This document shows, one piece after another, positions 17,948 to 27,729 of a stretch of 64,000 nucleotides of DNA (the stretch's first letter is position 1; each line of letters starts with the position of its first letter). Location: NCBI GenBank assembly GCA_003599135.1, contig QZIV01000007.1, positions 3,944 through 67,943 on the forward strand, given 5' to 3'. Origin of the DNA: Candidatus Parcubacteria bacterium. GTDB taxonomy: Bacteria > Patescibacteriota > Minisyncoccia > UBA6257 > 2-01-FULL-56-20. The notes under the pieces were generated by a model. The model was given only the letters and a program-made list of their open reading frames with translations. It was not told where the DNA came from and searched no databases. A program made the position numbers and the translations under genes.

Positions 17948-20408
17948 TGTTCCGGAGCGCCGGATATGCAAAGGAGCCGATTGCGCCGATGAGGCAGGCG
18001 AGAGAAACCGCAATGCTTGGCCAGAACCACCAGGGTTTGTATCGGAAGACGACTATGTGTTCGCCGCGCGGCAGAAAAACTCCGCGGAAAAGGACATTCG
18101 CTGGGTAAATAGAAGTTCTCTCGCCGTCGATATAAGCGTTCCAGCCGGAGTAGAACGTATCGGTCAAGACGAGTACGCCATCCCGGTCCGTTTCGCTTCG
18201 CAGTACAACCTCGTTTTCTTTGTATTCTAGGACAGTTGCTGCCACGAGGTTTTCCGTCGCGGCTCGCGGGACGAGAGAGAGAACGTTCTCATCTTCGAGG
18301 ATGACGCTCACGCGTGGATCGAACGACGGTTCGTAGAATATGCGTCGAGCTTCGGAGGGCGACGAGGCAGATCGAGTGTTAAATACCACATACGCCTTAG
18401 GAAGCACTCCGAGGTTCTCATAGATTCGAAGGTCGCGGTCGTAGATGAGGCGAAAGTCACGCGAGGCAGGGAGTTCTTGTTCCGATATGAGATATCGGAT
18501 GTTGTATGCGTCAAGAAAGTTCTTCGGGATTTCGGATAGCCGTGATGCGGGCCAAAGTCCGTCGATGGGATTTTCCTCGAGAATCGGTTGGGGGAGGAAT
18601 GAGAAGTATCTCTGTGGTTTAATAACAGAATTGTTTTGAGATCGTTGTATGCGGTAGACATCGCCGAGGTGTCCCGCAAAGACGTTCCCCACCGAAAACG
18701 TCCTCGCCACGCCTTTCTTGGAGTATTCACTTTGGAGGAATTGAACGTACGGGGGGGTTTGGGCATACGGATCAAGATAGCGGAAACCGTCCCGTACCTT
18801 CGGCATATAGAACCATAGTTCGAACGCGGTGAGGATGAGCAATGCATGCACTGCGTACCGCTGTTTCTTTTGTGCGAGAAAAAAGATGGCGAGCGCGAGG
18901 CCGCCGAAGAAGATTGCTTCGGCGAACAGTACAAGGGTGAGGTATTCGCCGTGATCTTGCATGATTCCCAAGACGAATTCTTGGAGAACGCGTGGCCAGC
19001 TTTCCGTGAGTGCGACAACTTTTTTGATCATTTCAGGCCTCCGGTTAAAGAAATCGAAATTCGGAACGTAGGTGGCGAGAAATGCGCTTTTGAAAAACGC
19101 ATATGCTCCTGCGAAAAGGACTGGGATCGTCGCAATGAGGGTGTAAAACTTTCGCCATCGTACGAGTTCTCCGCGCTCGCGTTCGCGAAGCATGTGTTCG
19201 AACGCGATTGAAGCGCAGATAACGATCGCGAGAGCCAGAGATCCGTACGCTTTATACCAGCCGATTTGTTGGAGAATAGGCAGCGTCCCTATCCAGTGCA
19301 CAATTGGGAAGCCGGCGTTTTTGAGGATGATGAATCCGATCCACGCATAGAGCGGGAAGAGTGGGAAAGGTTTTTTCTTAAGGAACAGGCTCACAAGGAA
19401 CAGGAGGATGACGCTCACACCGACGTAGGGGATAATCACTTCGTATCGGTCGAAAAGATGACCGCTCGCGGCAACTTCCGGCATCATCGTCGGAGTGATG
19501 AGGAAATGAAGAAGCTGTATCGGAGCGAAACTTGTTAATCCCTTACTCACCCACGCGGCAATGGTTCCGCCCTGCTTCCAATTGATGAGGAAATCAATAA
19601 TAAAAGGAGATGCAATCGCGCAGGCGACCGCAATAACTATCGTTGCGTGACCCACGAGTATCCACCAGTCTTTTCGTGAGGCGGTCTGCCTCGTCGCTTT
19701 CCACCCGAAGTAGAGTAAGAGGAAAAGGAACGCGATGATTGCCGATTGCGGTTGACCAACGAGAATAATAAAAGAGAACAAGATACCTATGAGCGCTGCT
19801 CGTGCAGCACTCCGTGTACGAAAGAAGTATTCGATTGAGAGGAGGGTCCACGGGAGCAGACTTTCTATGTCGAGGAAAGAGAATGTAAGATACAGCATCA
19901 AGTATCCGCAGAACATGTACGCGATGCCACCCCACAGGGCTACACTCTTTCGTAGGTCCAAGAACCGCAGATAGAGAAATGTGCCCAGCCCGGTGATGAA
20001 AAATCTGAGCAGAAAATACCAGTCGAATGCGCGCGTGGAGTCCCACAGAAAAGAAAAAATAAACCGCAAAGGATAATAAATATTTACGGGATTGTTCGGG
20101 ATCGGCGCCTCGCCGCCTCCGGAGTACGGAGTCCACAACGGCGGCACGCCTTTCTTTACCATCGCAATCTCGCTTTTAACGAGCGGAATGACATCAAGCG
20201 TATGCCACCCGCCGTCAACCTGCCACAGTGTCTTTACGTTTGGGTCGGGCGAGGGCTGCGAGTAGAACGTCGGCACCGCTTCAGTAAGAGACTGCCATCC
20301 GATCACCACGGGAAAGAAGAACAGGAGAATGATAAGCGCAAGCCAAAAACTTCCGTAGAGAAGGTCGAAGGAGAACAAAGTGCGAATGCGGTTAAGGAGA
20401 TATTGCAT
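17904..20408 (-). CDS. YfhO-family multi-pass membrane glycosyltransferase (GT-C)
   Basis: PLWTPYSGGG early loop, about 12-13 TMs, C-terminal LVLTDTFYSGWNAYIDG...ANVLFRGVFLPRGEHIVVFRYKP. Confidence 0.88.
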   Translation of the reverse strand: MQYLLNRIRTLFSFDLLYGSFWLALIILLFFFPVVIGWQSLTEAVPTFYSQPSPDPNVKTLWQVDGGWHTLDVIPLVKSEIAMVKKGVPPLWTPYSGGGEAPIPNNPVNIYYPLRFIFSFLWDSTRAFDWYFLLRFFITGLGTFLYLRFLDLRKSVALWGGIAYMFCGYLMLYLTFSFLDIESLLPWTLLSIEYFFRTRSAARAALIGILFSFIILVGQPQSAIIAFLFLLLYFGWKATRQTASRKDWWILVGHATIVIAVACAIASPFIIDFLINWKQGGTIAAWVSKGLTSFAPIQLLHFLITPTMMPEVAASGHLFDRYEVIIPYVGVSVILLFLVSLFLKKKPFPLFPLYAWIGFIILKNAGFPIVHWIGTLPILQQIGWYKAYGSLALAIVICASIAFEHMLRERERGELVRWRKFYTLIATIPVLFAGAYAFFKSAFLATYVPNFDFFNRRPEMIKKVVALTESWPRVLQEFVLGIMQDHGEYLTLVLFAEAIFFGGLALAIFFLAQKKQRYAVHALLILTAFELWFYMPKVRDGFRYLDPYAQTPPYVQFLQSEYSKKGVARTFSVGNVFAGHLGDVYRIQRSQNNSVIKPQRYFSFLPQPILEENPIDGLWPASRLSEIPKNFLDAYNIRYLISEQELPASRDFRLIYDRDLRIYENLGVLPKAYVVFNTRSASSPSEARRIFYEPSFDPRVSVILEDENVLSLVPRAATENLVAATVLEYKENEVVLRSETDRDGVLVLTDTFYSGWNAYIDGERTSIYPANVLFRGVFLPRGEHIVVFRYKPWWFWPSIAVSLACLIGAIGSFAYPALRNTIASPANAEYPRKS

Positions 20409-20429
20409 ATCCTTCTCCGAGAACAGGTT

Positions 20430-21182
20430 CTACGTTGGCTGGTGTAATTGCACGCGGAGCGCTTCGAGTTTTTTCGCGAGATGAAACCTCATCTTAACCA
20501 TCTCTTGTATCGCTCGCAGACTGTCGCTTACCATCTTTACCGTGCTTTTCCTTTCCGGATAGCGATCGTGCCAAGTAATGGGAAGTTCTTTCACAGCGAT
20601 ACCGAGCCGTTCGACAAGAAGCAGAAACTCAAGTTCAGACCACCAGGTAGGATCCTCCGTTTCGAGCATGATCGGCGTCGTTCGTTCGTTCATCATTTTG
20701 AGAGGGCACTGCGAATCGCTTGCACGGAGACCGGTGATCATTCGTGCGAGCATAAGAAATATCATTGAACTTCCGTTGCGCAAGAACGATCGTTCTTGCG
20801 CCGCGCTTTTTACAGCGAAGCGCGTGCCAACGACTACCTCACATTCACTTCCAAGAATCATTCGGAGTCCCTGTACTATCTCCTCTGGGGAGATTGGGAG
20901 GTCTGCGTCGGTAAATGCGACGACGCCTCCTCCGGCCGAACGAAAAGCTTCGCGAATCGCCCTGCCGCGCCCTTTTTCTTTGAGGCGGACCGTGCTCACA
21001 CGAGAGTCATTCATGGCGTCGACGAGGTCCGCCGTATGGTCAGTTGATGCGTTATCGGCAACGATAACGTGCCATGGGCATGGGCATAGAGCGGCAAAAG
21101 CGTCGCAGATCGTTTTTATAGTTTCGCGGATAATTGAGGCCTCGTTATACGCAGGGATAACGAGCGTGAATTTCGTGGCCAT
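20430..21182 (-). CDS. GT2 polyprenyl/dolichyl-phosphate glycosyltransferase
   Basis: IPAYNE, DNASTDHT, KGRGRAIR, FTDADL, DSQCPLK, ELPITW. Confidence 0.88.
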   Translation of the reverse strand: MATKFTLVIPAYNEASIIRETIKTICDAFAALCPCPWHVIVADNASTDHTADLVDAMNDSRVSTVRLKEKGRGRAIREAFRSAGGGVVAFTDADLPISPEEIVQGLRMILGSECEVVVGTRFAVKSAAQERSFLRNGSSMIFLMLARMITGLRASDSQCPLKMMNERTTPIMLETEDPTWWSELEFLLLVERLGIAVKELPITWHDRYPERKSTVKMVSDSLRAIQEMVKMRFHLAKKLEALRVQLHQPT

Positions 21183-21225
21183 AGAGAACAATGGTTAGTA
21201 TAGCAACGAAACTATCGCGAGCAAA

Positions 21226-23220
21226 TTATGTGATAAGGCGGGTTATTTCTTTTGCCACGGATACGGAATTTATGATTTTCCCTCCCAAAATTGAAAAACA
21301 ACCGAAACCGTGTTCCGTGACGTCCGAGGTCCTGGCATCGTCATGCTCTCTGTAGGCGTTTACTCCCCTTAACACGTAATGAATACGCAAAAGTTTTAGG
21401 TTTTTTAAAAACGGGAACCATTCCATGCTCCGGTCGATGATTTTTTTGGCGCGTGAGCGTTTGGCGCTTAGGAAAATGTTTTTCGGCACCAGACCGTCCT
21501 TGGGAACGAACCGCCGCAACACGGATTCCTTGATGTGCACGAGCGTAAATACGCCGTCGTCGTGTGTCGGGACTATATTTGTGAATTTCCCGTCCATGAC
21601 TGCGAGAGAGATTCGGGGGATATTGAGTTTGACCCACAACACCTCGACGAGGTCGAGGCGTAGGGGTTTTCGGGGGAATCCGAGCCATTTGCAGAAATTG
21701 TTGTATCGCGCGTACGTGGCGTTGATAACAGAATCAAATTGTTCCTCGTGCACAGCACCATCTTTCCTGACCCGGATGACTTTTTGTCCTGAGGGGAGTA
21801 TGCGGGCGTCGAGCACTTCGGTGTTGCGCCTCAAAGTGGCTTTCGAGCGCTTCAGTAGTTGTTCTGTAATGCGCTTAAGTTTTTTATAGTCGTAAATGGG
21901 CTCGAATGTTTTAATACACACGTCCGTTTTTTCTCGGTTCAAAAAGTTCTCTGATGGATATTCTATGACGTACGGGAGATTGTTCCTGTCGCAGAAATTC
22001 AGATATGCATCGGCGCCTACTTTCGATCCTTTTTTCGCGACGCTGTAATATGTCGGAAACTTTCTGATAATTGCTTTTGCATAGCGCTGTTCGAATTCGT
22101 TGATTGCTGAAAAAATGTCATCGACTGTTTTTTGACTCCGCGGGTAATGATATCCCCAGTGGTGCCGATATTGGTTTATCTTAGAAGCCTCGGAGAAAAT
22201 ATCCCCATTCTTTTCAAAGATCGTTACGTCGCAGTAGGGAGCAAGTTCGATTGCGCAGTTTGTCCCGAAGATGCCGCCCCCGATTATCGCAACTTTCCTC
22301 TTTGTGGGAGCTCCGGAAACGGATTTGCGTCCCATCGTTGCGACACGTACGATGCGGTGGCCGACGTCTGCGTCGGGATATTCGACTTTTTTCGAACGCA
22401 TAGCGCGCACAAATGTGCGTAGTTCGGCCTCAAGAGGAGACATGGGATCACTGCAGTCAATACGTTCTGCCACCGATCCATTTTTGTAGATGTGGATAGC
22501 GTTTTTCTCAAGGTCGCAAACCATGGTTTTGCTAGGAAATTGCAGGGTAACTATCCTCTTCTTTTCTTTGCCGGACCAGCCGATTTTGAGCAACGCATGT
22601 ATTCCTCGTTTATATACTAGACTGACCACGTGCATCCGGCCTTTGTCGTCCACGTTTTTTCTGGTTGGCATGGCGTCGAAGACGTAGTCGAGCATATCGA
22701 AGGGATGGAGCATCTCCAGTTCAACATCTCTTCCGGTATCGGTAGCGGCGGGGTTGATGAATTCGATCTGTACGGAACTCGGACGTTCTTTGATGGACCG
22801 AAGCAGTTTTCGGAGACGGATTATTGTCGGGTTGAAGCGGAATATATGCCCCACCATAAGAATATGGGGAGACTCTGCGGCGCGCTTTTTGAGCATCGCC
22901 GTTTCGTGTACCGTCGAGGCGAGCGGTTTTTCGACAAAGACGTTCACCCTCGGAAGACATTGAGATACGAGAGAAAAATGCGTGTTGGGCGGCGTCGCGA
23001 TATCTACGGCGTCAACACCGTCAAGGAGTGGCGGATCGAGCGCGTGATAAATAGGAAGCCTGTATTTTTTCTTTAGACGCTGCTCCTCGGTGACTGTACG
23101 CACAACCACGCCAGCAACCACAAGGACACCTTTTTCCCCGAGACCGATCAATGTTTCGAGGTGTTTTATTCCGAATCTGCCCGCACCTATGAGGAGGATG
23201 CGGGGTTTTTTCATGGGCAT
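21226..23220 (-). CDS. Fusion: Gfo/Idh/MocA NAD-oxidoreductase + FAD-dependent (DAO-like) oxidoreductase
   Basis: N-half IGAGRFG, ATPPNTH, VEKPLA, GHIFRFNP; C-half IIGGGIFG, ASKINQYRHHWGYHYPRS, INATY, GGKI; one continuous ORF. Confidence 0.85.
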   Translation of the reverse strand: MPMKKPRILLIGAGRFGIKHLETLIGLGEKGVLVVAGVVVRTVTEEQRLKKKYRLPIYHALDPPLLDGVDAVDIATPPNTHFSLVSQCLPRVNVFVEKPLASTVHETAMLKKRAAESPHILMVGHIFRFNPTIIRLRKLLRSIKERPSSVQIEFINPAATDTGRDVELEMLHPFDMLDYVFDAMPTRKNVDDKGRMHVVSLVYKRGIHALLKIGWSGKEKKRIVTLQFPSKTMVCDLEKNAIHIYKNGSVAERIDCSDPMSPLEAELRTFVRAMRSKKVEYPDADVGHRIVRVATMGRKSVSGAPTKRKVAIIGGGIFGTNCAIELAPYCDVTIFEKNGDIFSEASKINQYRHHWGYHYPRSQKTVDDIFSAINEFEQRYAKAIIRKFPTYYSVAKKGSKVGADAYLNFCDRNNLPYVIEYPSENFLNREKTDVCIKTFEPIYDYKKLKRITEQLLKRSKATLRRNTEVLDARILPSGQKVIRVRKDGAVHEEQFDSVINATYARYNNFCKWLGFPRKPLRLDLVEVLWVKLNIPRISLAVMDGKFTNIVPTHDDGVFTLVHIKESVLRRFVPKDGLVPKNIFLSAKRSRAKKIIDRSMEWFPFLKNLKLLRIHYVLRGVNAYREHDDARTSDVTEHGFGCFSILGGKIINSVSVAKEITRLIT

Positions 23221-23342
23221 GGATGATAGTATACCAATACATATTCGGAAAGAAATATGACGGTTACGAGAACCTGTCGCGCATGTGGTATAGTGATTTC
23301 TATCGCAACAGGCGTTCGCGCAATGCGGCGCGACATTCACAC

Positions 23343-24146
23343 GTGTTCAAGAGATATCTTATACGGTTATATACGATTCTTCGGCGCAGTATTTTCGGCG
23401 GCCGCGGTTTGTCGAGATACAGAATTCTTCGCGAGCTCAATTTTCGTCTGGAGCGTTTTCTGCGCGGCGGAAGGAGAGAATATGTGGACTGCAAGGGACT
23501 GCGTTTTTTTCTTGACCCGAGGGGATCGCTCTCTCAGCCGTTTCACGAATACGAACCCGAGACGACTTCTTTCATCGAAAAAAACCTGAAAAACGGAGAC
23601 TTTTTCGTGGACGTGGGAGCTTCAATAGGATGGTTTACACTCATTGCTTCAAGAATCGTTGGAAAAGGAGGAGTCATCGCCGTTGAACCGAATCCAGTGG
23701 AGGCAGCTCTGTTGCGGAAAAATGTTGAGTACAATGCTTGTACGAATGTCGAGGTTATTGAGAGAGCCGCTGGAAACACCCGCGAGCGTCGGATTCTCTA
23801 TGTTGTTTCCGATATGCACACGGGGGGATCTCTGGAAGACCCGCGCATCGATCCAAGGAGGGATCCATCAGCACACCTTCTGGATTCCGAGGATCATACG
23901 GTCTACGAATACCCGGTTGAGGTTATACCCCTCGACGCCGTTGTTTCCCGTGCTAGTATGATAAAAATTGACGTTGAGGGGGCGGAATTCGAAGTCGTGA
24001 AGGGAATGTCTCAGGTTTTGCGACAGTATAGACCAATAGTCATTCTCGAACATCCGTCGCCGAAAACCAGGAGATTGATAGGATCCCTTGGTTACAAGGA
24101 AAAGTTTTTTTTCGATAAACTGAACACGGTTTTCTTCGCGTCATAG
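23343..24146 (+). CDS. FkbM-family O-methyltransferase
   Basis: YEPETT, FVDVGASIGWFT, VEPNP, MIKIDVEGAE; GTG 23343 chosen (ORF open from 23223), start uncertain. Confidence 0.88.
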   Translation: MFKRYLIRLYTILRRSIFGGRGLSRYRILRELNFRLERFLRGGRREYVDCKGLRFFLDPRGSLSQPFHEYEPETTSFIEKNLKNGDFFVDVGASIGWFTLIASRIVGKGGVIAVEPNPVEAALLRKNVEYNACTNVEVIERAAGNTRERRILYVVSDMHTGGSLEDPRIDPRRDPSAHLLDSEDHTVYEYPVEVIPLDAVVSRASMIKIDVEGAEFEVVKGMSQVLRQYRPIVILEHPSPKTRRLIGSLGYKEKFFFDKLNTVFFAS

Positions 24147-24152
24147 AACAGA

Positions 24153-25124
24153 ATGATCTATAGCGATATTAAAAGCTTCAATAAACAGTTTGCGTGGGAC
24201 CGACATATCGAGAATGCCCGCGCGTTGAAGAAATTCAGGAACTATATTGTTATCGGCATGGGCGGTTCGCATTTTGCCGCCGATCTCATAAAAACCTGGC
24301 GACCGGATTTTCCAGTCGTCGTGTGGTCGAATTACGGCCTCCCTCCGTTGGCTCGTAAGGGGCTAAAAAAGAGCCTAGTTATCGCCACTTCTTATTCTGG
24401 GAACACGGAAGAAACAATTGACGCGCTCGAGTTAGCACTCAAGCGTAAGTTGAATATTGCTGTCATAGCGTCCGGCGGAAAACTGATTGCCATGGCCCGT
24501 AAATTTGGGATACCCTATGTCCTTGTTCCATCCGGCATCCAGCCGAGAGCGGCTCTGGGATACCTCCTCGTAGCGACGCTCACGGTCATGGGCGAGAAAC
24601 GGGCGCTGCGCGGTCTTCGCGAGCTTGCGGGAACGTTGCGCCCGGGTCGCTACGAGCAACAAGGGAAGAGTCTCGCGCGAAGACTGAGAAGAAGTGTACC
24701 CGTAATCTACGCTTCACCCAGAAATTATTCGGTCGCCTACAACTGGAAGATAAGACTCAACGAAACAGGAAAAATCCCAGCTTTCTATCACTTGGTGCCG
24801 GAGATGAATCACAATGAAATGATCGGTTTTGATGTGAACCGGAGCACGGTGTCTCTCTCCCGGCGTTTTCACTTCATTTTCCTTGAAGACCCCGACGACG
24901 ATCCGCGGATTCTGAAGAGAATGCGCGTGACGAGGAAACTCTTCGCAGGGCGTGGATTTCGGTCGGATGCAGTTCCACTCCGAGGCAGAAACGTTTGGGA
25001 GAAAGTGTTTTCCTCCATCGTTCTCGCGGATTGGGCATCGTACCATGTAGCAAGGCAATACCACTCCGAACCGGAAGCCGTAGCGATGATTGAAAAGTTC
25101 AAAAAACTGATTGCGAAGCAGTAA
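24153..25124 (+). CDS. Bifunctional phosphoglucose/phosphomannose isomerase (SIS-type PGI/PMI)
   Basis: GMGGS, SYSGNTEET, ASGGKL, QPRAA, NETGK, PEMNHNE. Confidence 0.92.
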   Translation: MIYSDIKSFNKQFAWDRHIENARALKKFRNYIVIGMGGSHFAADLIKTWRPDFPVVVWSNYGLPPLARKGLKKSLVIATSYSGNTEETIDALELALKRKLNIAVIASGGKLIAMARKFGIPYVLVPSGIQPRAALGYLLVATLTVMGEKRALRGLRELAGTLRPGRYEQQGKSLARRLRRSVPVIYASPRNYSVAYNWKIRLNETGKIPAFYHLVPEMNHNEMIGFDVNRSTVSLSRRFHFIFLEDPDDDPRILKRMRVTRKLFAGRGFRSDAVPLRGRNVWEKVFSSIVLADWASYHVARQYHSEPEAVAMIEKFKKLIAKQ

Positions 25125-25136
25125 AGAGAAGAATCA

Positions 25137-25177
25137 TTGCTCTATATTCAGTATTCGAATAGTATCTCAATACTGAA
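25137..25177 (+). promoter_or_regulatory. Promoter with overlapping inverted repeat (possible operator)
   Basis: TTGCTC-17-TAGTAT; TTCAGTATT (25147-55) / AATACTGAA (25169-77) flank the -10. Confidence 0.45.
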
Positions 25178-25179
25178 CC

Positions 25180-26232
25180 ATGCGCGCCTTATTATTCCGG
25201 GGACCTAACGACTATCGCGTCGAAGAACGGCCATTGCCGCAGATTGTCGAGGGCGACGTGTTGCTTAAGATCATCGCTTGCGGGCTCTGCGGCACCGACG
25301 TGAAGGTTCTTGGCAACGGCCACCGTGCGGTAAAGCCCCCGATGACGACGGGACACGAGATCGTGGGAGAAGTTGAGGAATCGAAATCGAGTGCGGCAGG
25401 AGTCGCGAAGGGGGACAACGTTCTTGTCGTGGCTCCAATCGGCTGCATGAAATGTAATTTTTGCCTTCGGGGAGAGCAGAATATTTGCCCAGTTGTCGTA
25501 GAGAGCGTACATGCTTTTGGCTACGATACCGACGGAGGATTTGCCGAGTACATGCGCGTACCGAAGGAAGCCGCCGACCAAGGCGTGCTTATCAAGATCC
25601 CGGAAACTTCGATTCCGCTTGCGTCATTCGCGATCGCGGAGCCGTTGGCTTGCGTCTTGAATGGCCAGGAAAAACTTCATATCTGTCCCGATGACACTGT
25701 TGTCGTGATCGGCGCGGGACCCATCGGGGTTCTACATGTGGTCGCGGCCCGGGCCGAAGGTGCGAAGAAGGTTATTCTTGCAGATGTGAATCCCGCAAAG
25801 CTCTCGCTTGCTGCTGGTGTTTGTGCCGACGCGCTTGTCGACAGCTCGAAAGAAAACCTTGTCGAACGCGTCCGCAAGGAAACGGAGGGACGCGGAGCGG
25901 ATGTCGTAATCGTCGCGGCGCCGGCGCCGTCGCTTCAGACCGAAGCAATCGAAATGGCGGCAGTCCGTGGGCGCGTGTCATTCTTCGCGGGTCTTGCGAA
26001 AGGAACTACATCGCCGCCTATCGATACGAACGCCATCCATTACCGCGAGATCGAGGTCTACGGGGCCTTCGGCGCGTGCCGGAAGCAGTATGAAAAAGCG
26101 ATGCACCTCATTCTTGACGGGAAGGTTAACCCTGCGCAGCTTATCACGCACACATTGCCGCTCGAAGACATTGAAAAAGCCGTGGATCTCATGAAGGCGG
26201 GACAGACGATTAAGGTTGTGATCGTGCCGTGA
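25180..26232 (+). CDS. Zn-dependent polyol dehydrogenase (L-iditol/galactitol-P dehydrogenase-like MDR)
   Basis: CGLCGTD, GHEIVG, CxxCxxC...C structural Zn, EPLACV, IGAGPIG, IHYREI. Confidence 0.9.
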   Translation: MRALLFRGPNDYRVEERPLPQIVEGDVLLKIIACGLCGTDVKVLGNGHRAVKPPMTTGHEIVGEVEESKSSAAGVAKGDNVLVVAPIGCMKCNFCLRGEQNICPVVVESVHAFGYDTDGGFAEYMRVPKEAADQGVLIKIPETSIPLASFAIAEPLACVLNGQEKLHICPDDTVVVIGAGPIGVLHVVAARAEGAKKVILADVNPAKLSLAAGVCADALVDSSKENLVERVRKETEGRGADVVIVAAPAPSLQTEAIEMAAVRGRVSFFAGLAKGTTSPPIDTNAIHYREIEVYGAFGACRKQYEKAMHLILDGKVNPAQLITHTLPLEDIEKAVDLMKAGQTIKVVIVP

Positions 26233-26954
26233 ATATTGTCATTCCTTTGGCCGGCAAGGATCCGCGGTTTGTGGACATGCCTAAGGCCCTCGTCGACGTT
26301 TGCGGCAAGCTTTTTATTGCTCACATTCTTAAGCAACTCCGCATTGAACCCGAAGATCGTTTGATTTTTGTCGTGTTGGAAGAAGATGTGAAGAAATTTA
26401 ATATTGACGAAACACTAAAGAATGTCACGGGGAAGCGCGCAATCATTCGGGTTCTTCCTCGTGCGACGCAGGGGTCGCCGTGCTCGATTTTAGAAGCCGC
26501 GCGGGACTTGATTGATAACGAGACAGATCTTTTAATAGAACTCGGCGACGTGTTGCGAGATGTCGGCAATCTCTATCAAGATATCGCGGATCGTCGCTCC
26601 GAGGTTTCAGGGATCATCCCTGTTGAGCGGCGAGATATGACAGGCCGTCTTTTCGGCTACGTGCGTGCCGACGAAGAAGGGTTTGCGGAGGCGCTCCTCG
26701 AAAAGGAAGCAACGTACGTCGCTCCGTGGGCGACGATGGGGCTGTATTATTTTTCTCGCGGCAAAGATTTTGTCTGGGCAGCCGAGGAGATGATACGGAA
26801 ACGCAGTTTCGTTCATAACGACATGTTTTTCGTCGGGCCGGTGTATAATGAGCTGGTGAAGCGAGGAGATAAGGTTATTCTTTCACAGAATACCGTCAAG
26901 GCAGTGTTGGGGAGTCCAGAAGAAGTCGAAGCGTTCCACAAACAATGTGTTTGA
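26229..26954 (+). CDS. BcbE-like sugar-phosphate nucleotidyltransferase 1 (degenerate signature)
   Basis: IPLAGKDPRF...PKALVDV, TQGSPCS, EKE, GLYYFSRG, FFVGPVYNEL, LGSPEE. Confidence 0.75.
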   Translation: MNIVIPLAGKDPRFVDMPKALVDVCGKLFIAHILKQLRIEPEDRLIFVVLEEDVKKFNIDETLKNVTGKRAIIRVLPRATQGSPCSILEAARDLIDNETDLLIELGDVLRDVGNLYQDIADRRSEVSGIIPVERRDMTGRLFGYVRADEEGFAEALLEKEATYVAPWATMGLYYFSRGKDFVWAAEEMIRKRSFVHNDMFFVGPVYNELVKRGDKVILSQNTVKAVLGSPEEVEAFHKQCV

Positions 26955-27714
26955 GATTTTCGCGCATCGGGGGTTGATCGACGAATACCCCGAAAACAGC
27001 CTTCCGGCGCTTCGGGAAAGTTTTCGACGCGGTTTTGGGGTGGAAACCGATCTGCGCCTTACGAAAGACGGGGACTTCCTGATCATTCACGACGATACGT
27101 CTCTTCGGCTTATAGGGATGCGCCGGCGAGTTGAGGATGCAACTTTAAAAGAAGCTGAAACAATGCAGTATGCTCATTCCGATGAGCACCTCATCTCATT
27201 TCGCACATTTCTTACGATGGCCGCAAAAGAAAATAAGGGACACCAGATGGCCATTCATCTTAAAGCAGATGCCCAAGATGAGGCGGGACTTACTCTACTT
27301 GCAAAGTATTGGCGGGAATTTGATCTCTATAAAACGGCCTTTACGTTCGATCTTACGAAAAAAGCTGCAGTGTGTCTCAAAGAAATCGATCCTAAAATAC
27401 AAATTGCGCTTATCATTTCAGAATTCAAATTTGAACCGACAATTTACACGTGGGAAGAGGTTAAGGATTTTAAGCCCATGGATATTGTCTGGGCTGCCGA
27501 ATATAAGAAACTCTACAGTAAAAAGTTTATTGATGAGGTAAAAGCAACGGGGAGAACATTTTATGCAATGTCTCCAGATGTGCATTGGATTTTGAATCAC
27601 CCCTTGGGCTATGAGGGATACGAGAAAACGTGGGATGATCTCATTGCATGGGGCGCGGATGGAATTTGTACGGATTATCCGGAAAAACTCGCTAAATGTC
27701 TTACTCGTGGTTAG
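26947..27714 (+). CDS. Glycerophosphodiester phosphodiesterase (GDPD)-family protein
   Basis: AHRG, PENSL, ETDLRLTKDG, IIHD, GADGICTDYP. Confidence 0.88.
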   Translation: MFEIFAHRGLIDEYPENSLPALRESFRRGFGVETDLRLTKDGDFLIIHDDTSLRLIGMRRRVEDATLKEAETMQYAHSDEHLISFRTFLTMAAKENKGHQMAIHLKADAQDEAGLTLLAKYWREFDLYKTAFTFDLTKKAAVCLKEIDPKIQIALIISEFKFEPTIYTWEEVKDFKPMDIVWAAEYKKLYSKKFIDEVKATGRTFYAMSPDVHWILNHPLGYEGYEKTWDDLIAWGADGICTDYPEKLAKCLTRG

Positions 27715-27729
27715 GATATACCCAAACGT

